DNA of 57,639 nucleotides, the filler included, from Sphacelaria rigidula (Eukaryota), in NCBI GenBank assembly GCA_964200075.2. It is 6 parts of 6 records of this genome, joined end to end, with 100 filler letters (N's around TTAATTAATTAA, not from the genome) between each part and the next. Parts side by side here need not be neighbours in the genome. Positions count along the whole stretch, not along the records: positions 1 to 9,525 come from CAXNAA020008297.1; positions 9,626 to 19,149 come from CAXNAA020008298.1; 4 more parts are not named here. One strand, given 5' to 3'. Positions 1-13,124 of this stretch are shown in pieces. Position numbers and translations under genes: made by a program. The notes under the pieces were generated by a model. It was not told the origin of the DNA. It searched no databases and saw only the letters and a list, made by a program, of their open reading frames with translations. How positions within the stretch are numbered: position 1 is the first letter of the stretch; every line of letters begins with the position of its first letter.

Positions 1-24
1 CATTTCTCAATGAGTTCCGAACAG

Positions 25-143
25 ATGTGAACAAGGTCACGCACAACGTGCACAGCTGATGAGCAGCTACAGCTCGATTTGCTGTCAAATAAAGACTGTT
101 GTGTGTAGATTAGCAAGGGCTAGCAGCAGTGAAACTACTGCGC
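25..143 (+). CDS. Probable penultimate exon of the VPS37-like gene
   Basis: AG at 23-24, open frame CEQGHAQRAQLMSSYSSICCQIKTVVCRLARASSSETTA, donor GTGAGT at 144. It ends in phase 1 and joins in frame to the exon at 770. Confidence 0.55.
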
Positions 144-769
144 GTGAGTGGTGGGTGTCTGTGCATGTTTTTTCGGGGCTTGGTGTGTTGGCGTGGTGTT
201 GCCTTGCTTTGTCTTACTGCAGTGTATCTATCTACAAGTGGGTACCGCATGAAGCACTAAAACTGTTACATATTCTGAGGGAAAATATTGCTGTGTTGTA
301 GCAGTACAGCAGCAGCACCTGGACACCATTAATATTGCAACAAAAGAAGCTGATGCATACTGTATACAGTCCGTCTTCAGGTTCTCAAACTAAAAAACAC
401 TGCAAAACTGCTGAGTTGTCTTGTGTTCAGTGTAGTCTGTACTCCATATACCACTGAAGAATTGTCTTGTGTTCGTGTACTACCCTGTACTCCAGATGAT
501 GGGGTGATGTTTTGAGCAGTTCTTGAAAGGTTCTGCTTGCTTTTCTGTCACAGAAATCCGATGCCAAATCTGGAATAGCCTGAGACAACAACCAATCTGG
601 AAATTGGAATATTGCAAACCTCGTGCCTCGATAACCACTACAACGTCTGATCGTAGACTGCCTTATCCGGGAGTAGTTTTTGGGATCATTTGTGATCGAC
701 TCTTGGTTCTCGCCATCAAGGCTTGTGTATCCTACTAACGGTTTGTCCCAATGGTACCTACTATTACAG

Positions 770-1002
770 GCAAAGCTCAGGGGCGGGACAAGAACCTTGG
801 TGGCACAGCAGACCAAGTTATCCTCAAACAGGTGAAGCACGCTTCAAAGCTTGCAGACAGCAGCTCGGAACGAGTTGCGAACGCTTTCCTGGAAAAAAGG
901 CTTCCCCTTCAAGATTTTTTGGATGACTTCATGAGGGAGCGTCAGCGGTATCACATGCTTGCTGCGAAGATCGAGTGCATGAAGCGCGACATATGTTTCT
1001 AA
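770..1002 (+). CDS. VPS37: Terminal exon of ESCRT-I subunit VPS37-like protein (Mod(r) C-terminal domain)
   Basis: Branch point TACTAAC at 733-739, acceptor AG at 768-769. Translation ...ADSSSERVANAFLEKRLPLQDFLDDFMRERQRYHMLAAKIECMK resembles the VPS37 C-terminal motif (SE.lA..Fl.g...l..FL..F...R..yH.r..K.E). Confidence 0.75.
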
Positions 1003-1895
1003 CACAAGCGCGAGCATTTGCTATTCATAGGACTTATGGTTCCCTCTCCAGAGATGTGTGTTGCTCTCTCTGCGCGCGGGGCGTCTTTGTGTTGAATACC
1101 GGGCAGCTAAAAAATTCGCGCCCGGGCTTGTTCTGTACTAAGCTGGAGACCGGTGGCAGGCTGGGCGAGAGATCGGTGCTAGGCTGTTGGTGCTGTGATA
1201 GTGTTGTGCAATTTATATCTGGCATCCTGGGACGCTGTGCCCACACGGAAAATGGTTACATCAGGCGCTGTGTTATTGCTTTGTTTTTAGAGCATGAGTT
1301 GGTGAACGCCGTGGGTTGCTTGTCCCAGAGAAGGTAGGTCTCTCGTTTGAGAGCAAACATGTACCACACTGAAGGTCGTGGGGAAAAATTCTCACGGATA
1401 GCAAGCCTTCAGACTAGACTGGGTGTGGGCTCTCAATAGAGAGACGTTGTCATGTGTTCGATTAGTGGACGAAACAACATCTCCGAGAGTCGATTGTATA
1501 TGGTGCCGATCCAACAGAGTTACCTATCCTAACGGTCGACGGATCAAGACAAATGACGTTGCGGAACACTTGAAACAATGGAGTCGCCAGCTATACGAGT
1601 ATTACTACGGAACGATGCGTGTTGCTGAACGGCCATTGGAAGAACGTGTATGACGATGTCGACCACCGGAACATTCCTCTCATTTATGCGCCATTATACA
1701 TTCGGCAAATTCCGATTATACCTCGTAGGTAATGGTATGGATTCCGAAAGTGTTGCCCCGATGAATACGTTGAATGCGAGTACAAACAGTGTGTAAACCC
1801 GCCACGATTCAAAATAATGGTAGTTTGGTGTTTGTTTAACTCCGGATTATATATCCAACGATGGACTTCGGCATATGAACCCCCAGGCCATCAAG

Positions 1896-2001
1896 TTGAA
1901 GGTGTCTCTGATAGGAGTAGGAACGGTGTTCCAACTCGCAAGGGACACGTGATTAATGGTCAAACGGCAAAGGCAAGCAACAAATGAATACGCTCCCCCC
2001 C
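1896..2001 (+). mobile_element. 5'-truncated LINE 3' end with C7 tail and 16-bp TSD
   Basis: Aligns to the LINE end at 40270-40376. Flanked by CCCCCAGGCCATCAAG (1880-1895) and CCCCCAGGTCATCAAG (1997-2012). Confidence 0.85.
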
Positions 2002-5000
2002 AGGTCATCAAGGTTAGTAACCTGAGTCAGGCATAATTTTTCAAGTATAACTGATGCCGATTCCACCTATGGACACCTGCTGCGCTAAATGTCGGTTTCG
2101 AGAAATCGGCATTACTTTCACTTCAAGTGGAAATGGGGTGAAGAGCCCTCACTGAATCAGATGCTAGACACTCGATCTGGTGAAGAGGTTGTGGGATGTT
2201 GCGTAGTGGACAGGAGTTATGCAACCCCAAAAACTTCAGGGACGTACTGAGCACACATCGGTGCGGGGACCTTCCGAACAACATCTTTAATATCCGCACA
2301 CCTATTTCAGTCTCGATAAACATCGCATCGGTGTGACTCATGTCTTTTAGATTTTGCTGGATGGCAGAGGCCTTGCTTGCGCTTGCGCATGGTGGGAAGA
2401 TCGCCCCAGTGAACGCATTATGCATTGTTCTCCATTAGCCAGCCTGTCTGACCACCACGGAGAAGCGTTGGCATGATATTCCGTTCTCGTCTCCAAGCAA
2501 CTTCATAACTCTCCAATGAAGAAATTTTTTGGATCGAAGATGGCGTAAAAATCCTCGTCGCCCATCTTCTTTCGCAGCGCCATGATGACTCTTGTCTGCT
2601 CAACGGAGAAACGCCAGTAACACGGTGCCATAAAATCAAGGTGAGATAATCCTGTAGCTTCAAGGCATTTCATCGTGTCATTTTTTCGACAGAATGGTAA
2701 ACGGACAGGGTCTGAGCAACGCGAAGAAAGTAGCTAGCGTCAGCGCCGTTGTGGAAGCTTCGCTTCTCCCACACACGATCTAAGCGAACTGATTAAATAC
2801 GTGAGCCCGTTGCCGTACCCACTCACATTCCCCAACATCACCAAGCATACGTGGGAGTCGAGGAAGGGCTCCGCATGAATCTAGGTCGATCTGCAGGCTA
2901 GGCAACGTTGCAAGCAAGCGTACCAGGCACGGTATTCGTGTCCTCCTTGCGCTATTCTCCGCAGCTGTATGAAACTGCTTGGCACATGAGAACCCATCTC
3001 CGAGCTTTGTCACTGTCTCAACTAAGCGAATGTATGAAGCGACAGACGCACATACAACAAGAGAAAATGTGTACCTCACTAGAGTGATGCCGCGGCGGGT
3101 GCCATGCGACCGACAGGAACTCCAGGGTGCGAAAACAGGGAAGAAAGAAAGTCGTCATCAACACCCAATATATCAATATCAAGTTCATCTGCTCCATTGT
3201 GCTCTCGCTGCCAGCATTGCAACTGCGAAAATCAAAACAAATCCCGTACAGGACGTCGGAGCTGACAGGGCAATATAGAGGTGTGCTGCAGTGGCCTCAG
3301 TACTTGCGTTGTTGATGCCGCTGATGTGACTCGGTACGTACGGCCTAGCCAAGGCAAAAAGTGTTGTACCGGTGGCTCTGCGAGGACACATGTTACACGG
3401 TACAGTACTCGAGTTTTCAGTACGCATCCCGTCTCTTCGCGTACTATGACACTGTTGTGTGCGACCTCTGCACCCTGTCGTCCGATATCATCACGTGGGA
3501 CGGTGCTCTGAGTCAGTGGGTCGCACGAGATCAAAACTGCTGCATCGTGAAGAAAGTGAAGTGACGCTGACACGTCGCGAAAAACCCGACGCATGCGTTC
3601 GAAGGAACCCTACAGCGGCGGGACTGTGTGGATTCGGAATTGTGTATAAGGCTGCTTCCAAACGCTTGGCACCTGTCCGTCGGCTTTTCCATTTTTTTGT
3701 CGGAAAAACGGACAAGACGACAGTTTCGTGACAAAGGTTTGGGATGTTCCACGTATCACCTCGACATATCACAATGACACTGCAGCGCCCAGCACATGCA
3801 TTGATCACTCCGGAAGACAGCAAGATCATGTAAATATATATCAAATATACAAGGTCCCTTGCCAGCCTTCGGCCGGCGGTGGTCCCTTTCTTTGCGGGTC
3901 ACGCCTGACGCGTTATAAACAGCCAAGCCCTCGTGTTTCGTTGTGTGGTGAAGAGTTTGAGAAGGAAAAGGCGGATTACGGGTGGTGACGGTTATAGGGA
4001 CGGAAGCAGAAATTTTCTATAATAAAGTTTCGTGTTGTCGTTGTCAGATCGATGATATTCTGCACTTCCCGTTACGTCATTATAAACGGTATCTTGGTTA
4101 GAAGGGGGTGTAGTAATGTGTCGTCGAAATCAAATGTTGGGATGCATGTTTCATTAGAAGAAATGCGTTGAAGGGTGTGGAAAGGGTAACACAATCCGGG
4201 AAGAAAGAATCGATTGCACACCTGAAGAAGGTGTAGCGTTGAACATATTCCGAGAAAGAACAACAGTACTCGTACATAATCGAAGGAAAGTAATCGGAAT
4301 TGAAGATAGCTATTAAGGGACGCCCTCCAAAGCTTACATAGTCGCAACACGCGCCGTCTTCGTACATCAAGTGAGACTACAACCTATACATTTATATCCC
4401 CGAGTTAGGTAAATTACGCCCGCCGTTTACTAGTTTGACTTGAAAGTTATTGTTAAAGCCGGGTGTTATGGCAAACAGATTTTTGGCCCACCGATTGTTA
4501 ACTTTTGGGACGTTTGACCCACCTTTTGACCCCCATACAGGGAAAACCGTCAACAAACGTCTCGGACTCTTTGCATCACCCCACAGAGGGGAGCCTAGTT
4601 TGCCGCAAAAAACAATCCCCCTGTTTTTTAAGGGTCCGGTGATGTGGAAGCCACAGTGATATAAAAAGAACATACCAATGATGTCCCACGCATTCCATTT
4701 TTTTCGGGAAGAGCCTCCCGCTGTCATGTCTTTGTGGAACGAGAGTTACTTCGCACTCTGGCGCCTCGGGTATACCACACGTAACAACGTTTTCGTGAAA
4801 TTGAGAGTAGAGTGCTGATTGAGAGTGGCTTTGATCATTCGCTTTAACTTGGCCAATTTTTCATTCCGTGTGCTTCTTTTTGCCTTCATCACTGGCGTGT
4901 GCTTATAGCTACACCTCGATATCCTACTCAGGGATATCAAGGGCCTCAGTGGCAAGCCACTACAGAAAGCATATTGGGCCTCGTGGAAGGGCATTTCGGA

Positions 5001-5284
5001 ACTGAAACGGGTCATTCACTAATTGACCGCTTTTCACTCTCAATCGTATCCTCTACTACCAATCTCACGAAAATCTTTTTGCATGTCCTACGCCGGCGGT
5101 TCCGCCGTCGATCTCCGTCCGAATTCCCATGTTTCCGAACAACATCTAACAACACATGCGATGTTCTGTACAACCACCATCACTACTGTACATTGAGATA
5201 CAACAGTAACTTATCTCAACCATATATTTTCGACTTGCGTCACCCCCGGGAGGCCCGTACCAACCACCAGAAGGGGAACATTGT

Positions 5285-5512
5285 AGATATGTATACACGT
5301 ATAAAATTCGACTCAACGGTCGACGAGGGAAAGGGACCGCCGAACCCTTCTCGAGATAATAAATATAGGCAAGTACCGCAGAAGGAAGGTGGAGAACTAA
5401 AACAAAGAAAAAAAAAATGTGTTGGCCGTCCTCCTGTGTGACGGCGACTGGTGCGCCCACATACACCGAAAGGTGTAGACCAACGTCCAGAAGAAATGGA
5501 ATGACAACACAC
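5285..5512 (+). mobile_element. Headless copy of a SINE-like body
   Basis: Diverged direct repeat of about 5635-5875 (AAAATTCGACTCAACG...GTGCGCCCAC...GGTGTAGACC...ACAACACACA). Confidence 0.65.
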
Positions 5513-5519
5513 AAGCCGC

Positions 5520-5880
5520 TGGTCGCCCCGGTGGCTCAGTTGGTAACCTCGAAACCTTTTGACGGTTGGGCTGTGGGTTCAAATCTCGGAGCGATCAGGG
5601 ATTTTTTCTCACACCATGCCCGACAGTGAAGAGCGTCTATGTTGTGGGTACACAAAATTCGACTCAACGATCGACTAGGGAAAGGGACTGCTGAACCCCT
5701 CTCACGATCATAAATAAAGGCAGGCGCCGCTGAAGGAGGGTGAAGTACTAAACATAAACAAAAGAGAAAAAATTCCTGTGTTGACCTTCCTCCTGTGACC
5801 CCGGGCGGTGCGCCCACGTATACCGCAAGGTGTAGACCGGCGTCCAGAATAGATGGGACGACAACACACATACACACATC
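5520..5880 (+). mobile_element. tRNA-derived SINE-like element
   Basis: A-box TGGCTCAGTTGG (5532-5543) and B-box GGTTCAAATCT (5576-5586), then a repeated body and a CA-rich tail. No intact cloverleaf. Confidence 0.65.
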
Positions 5881-7304
5881 CGCATTGTTGGAAAAATTAT
5901 GTCATGGAATGCGGTCGGAATCGAAAATATGTCACCCTCTTGTCCATCATTCAAATCAACAAAAAACAGGCAACTATTGTAGCTGCGTGAGTCGTCCAAA
6001 ATAGGTCGGTGGAGCGCTACATGTATGCTAATCCACACTTGTACAGCCGAATCGTTACGTTTTCTGGGCGGTATGTACCACGAAAACGGGTTCGAGCCAG
6101 GACAAGGCGTGCTATCAGGCAAGGTTGCTCATGAATTGACGTGATACGTGGAGAGCATCCACCAACCTCGATCCCGTGCTTGAAACAAAACACTGGAAAC
6201 GCTGCACTTCCGGCACATACATCAGATGCTGTACAGCTGTACCACACGGTACACGGTATATCGATCCGCACGCCCACACTGCAACGCAAAAGTCACGACG
6301 GAAATTACCGCCCCTTTTCCTCATGCAGTTTCTCCTACAGGATATACACCTACTCGCGTTCAGTTACCGTGTCAACATGTATGCTCCAGGTACGCCCCCA
6401 AGAGGGCTGTGTGCGAGCACACGTATCATTGGTGTGTTTCCCTGTCTTCGCTGCAGTCACAAATACATGCAACATGTTTCTCACTCGTCGCATCGTGTTG
6501 TCCGAGGTAAATTTCTAAGCATTTTCTTCCCCGGCACATTCCTACATCTATCAGCCATAAATAAGTACCGAATCGCGGCTCTTCGGGACCTCACTGGCTG
6601 AACCACCTTCACGTGATTGACCTGGGGGTTCACCATTACAACACACTTACATAGCTAAACACTTGCACACTCGGTTTCAGTGGTTCCCCACCCTGACACT
6701 CAGCGTCTAAACGCTGGAAATATCGTGAAACTCGAACACGTGCAACGAGTCTATCGTCGTACCCACGTACGAGTCGCGACTGTTTGGGGACGAGCGTCTG
6801 TCTAGCTGTCAGTTAGGAGAGATGATTGAGTATCAATTCAAGGGCCGGCCACATGCATCCTTGTTCACAGCTTGTTCCTGATATGTGCGGGTTGTGCGAT
6901 ATTCCTCTTCGTATTCAGTCTCACAGCAGCCGACCAGCCAGTACAGACAGCACGACAGTGTTTGCTCAAACCTTCATGACCTGCTAACACCCGGACAACG
7001 ATAGGTTGGACACGTGCCTCCGGCGCAAACGTTTGAATGTACTATACTGCCACCGAAGATTCTACTACGGTGCCAAGGCCTCCACGCGTTTCCCCTCGCT
7101 GTTAATACTGGTCAATAATTGATGCGGCATTCACCGATAGTATGCACGTATGTACGAGTACAACTGCACTGAACTGCACTTCATACATCTCATGTACAGC
7201 AAACCCTGCGAAAATTCAACGCTGATGCTGCTGCTGCTGCTGCTCGTGCAGCACAGGGCTGCTACCTATTCTGCACTCAAGGGTTGCTATTGATACCTAT
7301 TCTG

Positions 7305-7548
7305 CAAGGGTCGGACGAAGAAGGATTCGTCTGAAAAATAGTTGCTTCTAGTGTGATTCGAATCAACTCTTAGGCTTCGTTTTCAGCGTTGCACCCCAAA
7401 TACGCACACCTCAGTCACATGGAGTAGCGCAGAATTCGCGCAGAGACGTTGTCAACCAGCGATCAGCGTTTTGCTCTCCGTCGAGAAAACTGGCCTCAAA
7501 GATCGTAGCTTTGGTTATTCGAAGCAGCGATGATTCGTTCGACTCTCG
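7305..7548. mobile_element. P-superfamily-like MITE, family A, copy 1
   Basis: Degenerate TIR CAAGGGTCGGACGAA...TTCGTTCGACTCTCG, 8-bp TSD CTATTCTG/CTATTATG. Homologous to 28281-28538. Confidence 0.8.
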
Positions 7549-9471
7549 CTATTATGGACCATCGGTAGGGAACGAGGCGCGGTGATCGGGGGCGACTATT
7601 ATACCCATCAACCTGTCGCTATGTGCACGCGTCTTCTGAAGGGCGTGCGGTTTACTTGTTGGCTGCGATCTGTTTGTGTATTGGCTGACCTGTACGCTGT
7701 ACTCTGAATGCATATTAGTAGGGCCCGCGGATTTGTAGTCTGGGAAGTGGACTGAAAACAAAGTCATCTGCCCGAACAAATCGACCTAAAAATCAATATG
7801 CAAACCGTGGGAAAGACGGATATAGTTCAGCGGCGTATCAGGTAGCCCGCTTTTCCGACGCTTGGTACTATGGGATGATTCCCCACGATATCGACCATTA
7901 TCCCCTACAATAACGCTACCCTTGAACTAGCCTTTCGACTTTTCACCAGTTCCGGAAGGAATGAAAATACCAGGACAAACCAGGAAGGGCCTTAGTCGAG
8001 TCATGCGAATCAGCCGGGGACAATTCCGACGCCTGTCTGCTGTTTTGCGGCGCACTACTACAATACGGTGCTGATTGTCTCACGGATGAGACTCGAGTCA
8101 TCCCCATGATTTTTCACAATGATCCGCTCCTGCTATTTGACCTCTAGCACCGTTTCGGAACAATTTCACCGACTGACAGTCCAAGGGTTTCTGTGTTTTC
8201 GATGAGGGGGCGTGCAGCTCCCCCGATTGTCAGCGAATGATTTCTAGATCAACCATGCGTGTCTCCTGGGGTTTTCCAGGCCTGCCAAGATGCCTGAAGA
8301 GGGGTGAGGTGATCATTGTTCCTGTTCTGATTGGTGGAATGATCCACAAATCTCACCTACAAATTGCCCAATATCGCCCGCCTGGAGGTGAAGCTATATT
8401 TCACCAGTCGACCATCAACCATATACACGCACAAAAAAGAGGGTGACTTTTGCTCTCTACGCAACGTCGATGAAAAACACTGAGTAGAGACAGAACCAGT
8501 GTACACTGCACACGGTGTGCAGCGGAGAACAAGGGCACAGTACTACTTCTGTACTGTTTGTTTACTTCGCTGTATTTGGAATTGTCCGTCAGTACGGCAC
8601 ACTACACGAGTACAGCAGCAGTGCGGTATCATAAGAGTACAGTTGAGATGATATGAAATGCAGTGTAACATCAAAACATGTAGGAGGTGCGCTAACTACG
8701 AGTTGGAAGTAAGACTAATGCTGAAGCAGGCGGAGAGTATGATGCTTGGATACATCCCAGCGGTGGTGGTAACCAGGGGTGCACCTCTTACTTGCGCATG
8801 ACACCATCTACATGTACCGCTCACTCGGCATATCGATATGGACACTCACGTAACTTGGGCAGAAAAAATGGTCATGGGTCCGTATGTACAACTTCCGTAA
8901 AATGATTCAGCACCCACCTGCTCAGATAAATGCCGTGTTGTGCCACTTGAAAAACAACAGATCCCAAGCCTATTTGATCATGGGCGATTTGGGCAATCTA
9001 GGGGGACTGGAGACTGGAGGCCAAAAGGCTGACGAAAACAAGCCCTATGAATCGAGATTCCAACTAATGTGAAAATGTCTACTACCCCATCCGAAGCTAC
9101 AGCCCGGAGCAATGACTGTCAACACTCTTGATAGTACGTTCTTCGAATTGCTAGATACAGACGGCAGGTGAACGTTCTGTTACCTAGCATTCAGCTGGGT
9201 CTCTCAACTGATCAATCTCGCTCAATATTGATATTTGTCCCAACCCGCTATACTGTCACGCGAGCAGTGTCGTATCAAGATTTCTGGGGCGCCACAAGCT
9301 GTGTCTCAAAGTTTTCTGTGTGCGGGTAAACTTGCGGCGGAGCGACTTTCGTTTCGGCCCTGGGGCTAGGTCGACAAACATTGGAACGGTCAACTCTTAG
9401 ACAGCGAGCGTCACCTCGAAACAGTTTCACAGGCTGACGGTCCGGGGACATACGGGGGTTTCCAGGGGCCT

Positions 9472-9525
9472 GGGGGGGGGTGTACTCATGATCACGCATG
9501 CCATAGTCATAAGACCATTGACCTC
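9472..9525 (-). mobile_element. 3' end of second LINE subfamily with C9 tail (cut by contig end)
   Basis: Minus strand reads GAGGTCAATGGTC...ATGAGTACA+C9. Closely similar to 19090-19149 and alignable to the LINE end at 40324-40376. Confidence 0.7.
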
Positions 9526-9625
9526 NNNNNNNNNNNNNNNNNNNNNNNNNNNNNNNNNNNNNNNNNNNNTTAATTAATTAANNNNNNNNNNNNNNNNNNN
9601 NNNNNNNNNNNNNNNNNNNNNNNNN
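9526..9625. other. Artificial contig linker
   Basis: N44-TTAATTAATTAA-N44 (stops in six frames). The same linker occurs at 19150-19249, 28773-28872, 38396-38495 and 48018-48117. Confidence 0.99.
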
Positions 9626-12600
9626 CCCCCCCCCGACTGAATTATTTTGGTAGCGGCATCTCATCATAGAGTTCACTACTGTTTAGTCCAGAGGTCAAAG
9701 GACGGATGGGCGAACGTGCGCTAGCCCATGTCACCGGGCTGATCAAAACAGATAGGGTTGTTCATACTCATCCTACGTTTGAACGTTTGTTTACCGTGTG
9801 TTCAGGGAGGTTTCGGCTTCCACGAGGATACATGTAAAAGCGACAAGCACGCCAATGGGTTTGCTTGGAACAGCAATGGAAATGAACTCACTTTCTTCTC
9901 GTCGAACGCAAGTCCAGCCTTCTTCAGTAGGTACGCCATCTTTCGATCCTTCTATCGTTATCGTTCTTGAAAGAAGAGCGTACGTACTTGGATACGCCTT
10001 GAACGGAAAGACCTGTGACGAGGGTCGGCACCTCCGTGACCTCGTTCACACCAAAGGCAGTTGTGAAACGAAACGGTCCCACGGATTGTTGCTCAGCTTG
10101 AACCCTGGGCGAAGATCCTCACGTATGTGTTGAACGCGCTTTCCGCGTACCCCGTCCACGTTCGGTCTTGAAGCGCTTTACACAAATGTGTACTCGGTAC
10201 GGGACGGTACGGGAAGGTACGGGACGGTACGGTGATCGTGTCCTTGAAGGCCCCGAGGAGACGAAGAGAACGCGGACAGTTTTACACCAGTCACAATACA
10301 GTACAATAGTACCACCTCGTCAACTAGCTCAGCAAACAGTACAGGCCAGCAATACCAAGCCTCAAAAACTTGCGCTACAGGCTGTAGCCAGCGATTATTA
10401 CACTCGAACTGCCTTGAATGACAACACAGTATAGTATGCGATATGTAAGTACGGGGTAGATGATGAGGGGGCAGGAATGCGGCGCTCTCTCACCACTACT
10501 AGTCCGCGCTCTCTTGATGTGTTGTTATTTAGCTACTACTGCAACCAAGTGTCCAAGCACAGGACCGGGCAGTCTTGCAAGGGTCAGCGGGCTGACGTGT
10601 GATGACTCGGACAATAATTTGGAAATACTTTCGGGCCCCTTCGCTGTAAAAAAAAGAAGTAAAACAGCAAACAGCAAACAGCGAAACAGCAAAACAGCTT
10701 TTTGCATGTGCACTTTGAACTCTTGAGTAGAAGAGGCGGAATGGAGCAGGGCAAACACTTACCGTGTCTCTGTGGGACCCGGCAGTCGTTCAACTGTAGG
10801 ACTCTATTTGAAAAGCCGATGTCCTATCCTGTGTTGTCTGTTCATCGATCCAAGAGAACAACAACAGTACAGGAGACAGTAGTACTGCTGGAAGAGTCTG
10901 ATACAATACATGGCAGGATATTGCGGCACTGAGTGTTTTCTGTACAGAACCACCATGGAACGGATCCGGATCCGATTATTGTTCAGACTCGTATCAAGCG
11001 AGTACAATCAACCATTGACAGATTGTAGCACAACGGGGGACTCTGCTGCCAACTGGGGCAAACTCTACCAGCTACGCTACTGATGGAACGACGCAGCCCT
11101 ATACAGCCATGCTGCTGGCTGTATGTTGGTGCAGAACAGTGGGTCTCTGAAAATCACGCACGATAACAACCGCAACAGTACGACATAAAACTGAAATCCA
11201 ATGCACCAAGTACTGTCTGTCCGTAGTTGCCCGATATATTTACCTACACAACCGACCGCCATACAGGATCCCAGAGTGGTCGACCTCGCGTCGTTCACGC
11301 CCTCATGCGATTACTTGTATTCACCCTGACACACAGGCTGGTCTCTGCCTCACCTGAATATTGCAACACTGCATGCTATCCGCGCATGCCACCCGCGCAG
11401 GTAAAATGGGGGTACGCACAAGAGACATTCGAGGGCCCGGCGGCACGCAAGGATATCGATAAAAAACAAAATACGAAGATAACATACATTACATCTTCGG
11501 GGAGTTGGTCTGGTTCTGGGATGGTACTCGCCAATCACAGGCCAATTATTGGATATCTGGATAAAAACCGGCGATTATCCCCCCGTTCCCCCAATAGAAC
11601 AATCAAGTCGCCGGATAGATACGTCTGAAATTGATTGTTAACTCACTGTATTGTATTGGCCTCGTTTCCACCAGTTGTATCGAGATGGGGTTTACGGCGC
11701 TGCCAATCGCGTGTTGTATTCCTTTCGATATCCTACGTGACGGCTATTGACATTACTACACGTCATACAAGTTTGGGTTCCGATAACCGAAATTTTGGAT
11801 CCGTAGACGAAAAAACAATTATGGGGAATTCAGGAATCAAAGTGGATCACCTAATTTCCCCAGAATTGTTTCTTCATCTGGGACCCCAACGTTTGGGTTT
11901 TCGGAAGTGTGGCGTAATATCGATAGTTGTTTTCGGTCTTCGACAGGCAGCTGGGACGTAGCCTGGACCAGAGAAATCTAGGAACATCTGACCTACAGAT
12001 AGATCCAGGCTCGACTACGAGTGTTGTATTCATATCATTTTCTTGTAGAGTGAAGGTGAAGAAAATATTGGGGAGGCAGGTCGACCAACGTTTGAATCAG
12101 GTCGGATTTTACTCGTGGTATCTCCCAGAGGGAATGAAATTCCGGAGAAAAAATGACCAAATTAACTAATAAATTAATTAAAGATTGTTTGAGGATGGAT
12201 GGTTGGATGGTTGAGGATGGATGGTTAATTTCATTTCTTGAACAAGGGAAAGACTATATCAATAGGGCCGACTGTTTTAGGTGAAGGGCGGGGAAAGGGG
12301 GGCGCGCAAGGCAGGGTTTGTGGAGTGTGTTGCACGAGCTCGCAGTACCGTTGTGCGTTCGTTCATAGGTGAAGACATTATCAAGCGGTGCCATTGCCCG
12401 TTTGCTACTACTGATGATGCTGCTGCTTCCCTAGTCTGTTGATAACAAGGACAGCTTTCAGGTTAGATGGAACGAGTAGTGATTGTACCGACGTTTCCTT
12501 CAAATTCAAGTCCCTTGCGCAAGACTTGGCTTATAACCAACCTCCCTTATTGATACAGACTTGTCGTCAGTCTCCCAGCCGAGGTCAATGATTCTCCTGA

Positions 12601-12920
12601 CTCCTCAGCGCACCGCAATAAGACTGTAAGTTATTCACGTTTGTGGCCACCTACTAATACCTACTGTACGGTCGAAGCTCATGAGAATAGGGCGGCGTGT
12701 GCACTGCGCCAAGTTGACGGGGGGGATAGTGAGAGTGGTACCCTCACACTGCCTCGAGCAAAGCTTGGGAACACTCGAGATGCAGACCCCGCATGACTGC
12801 CGTGAGGCAGTCTAGCCGAGCCTCCGGGTAATCGGCACACGACTCCGCTTGCGGGGAAAGTGTTAGGTCACGTTTCCTCCTTCCTTTAAGAAAAAAAATG
12901 CTAGTATGTCATGTGGCTCG

Positions 12921-13124
12921 AGCGCGAGGATAGTCCCTCTGGATCATGCATACTTTTTTCAAGTGAAACTGGTGCCGATTCAACAGATGATCTACTCTAG
13001 CCGTCCAAGGGTCAACCCTCAGACCACGGCGCGGGTAGTCCATCTGGATCACCTATACTTTTTTCAAGTGAAAATTGATGCCGATTCAGCGGGTCACCTA
13101 CCCTCGCGGTGTAAGGGTTGACCC
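12921..13124. repeat. Diverged tandem duplication, period about 108 bp
   Basis: TAGTCC.TCTGGATCA...ATACTTTTTTCAAGTGAAA.TG.TGCCGATTCA...AAGGGT..ACCC occurs twice. Confidence 0.85.

Noticed and set aside
12349-12435. 87-nt exon-like segment on the minus strand with branch point, AG and GT
   Set aside because: It lies downstream of the aroC stop codon with no recognisable homology or partner exon.
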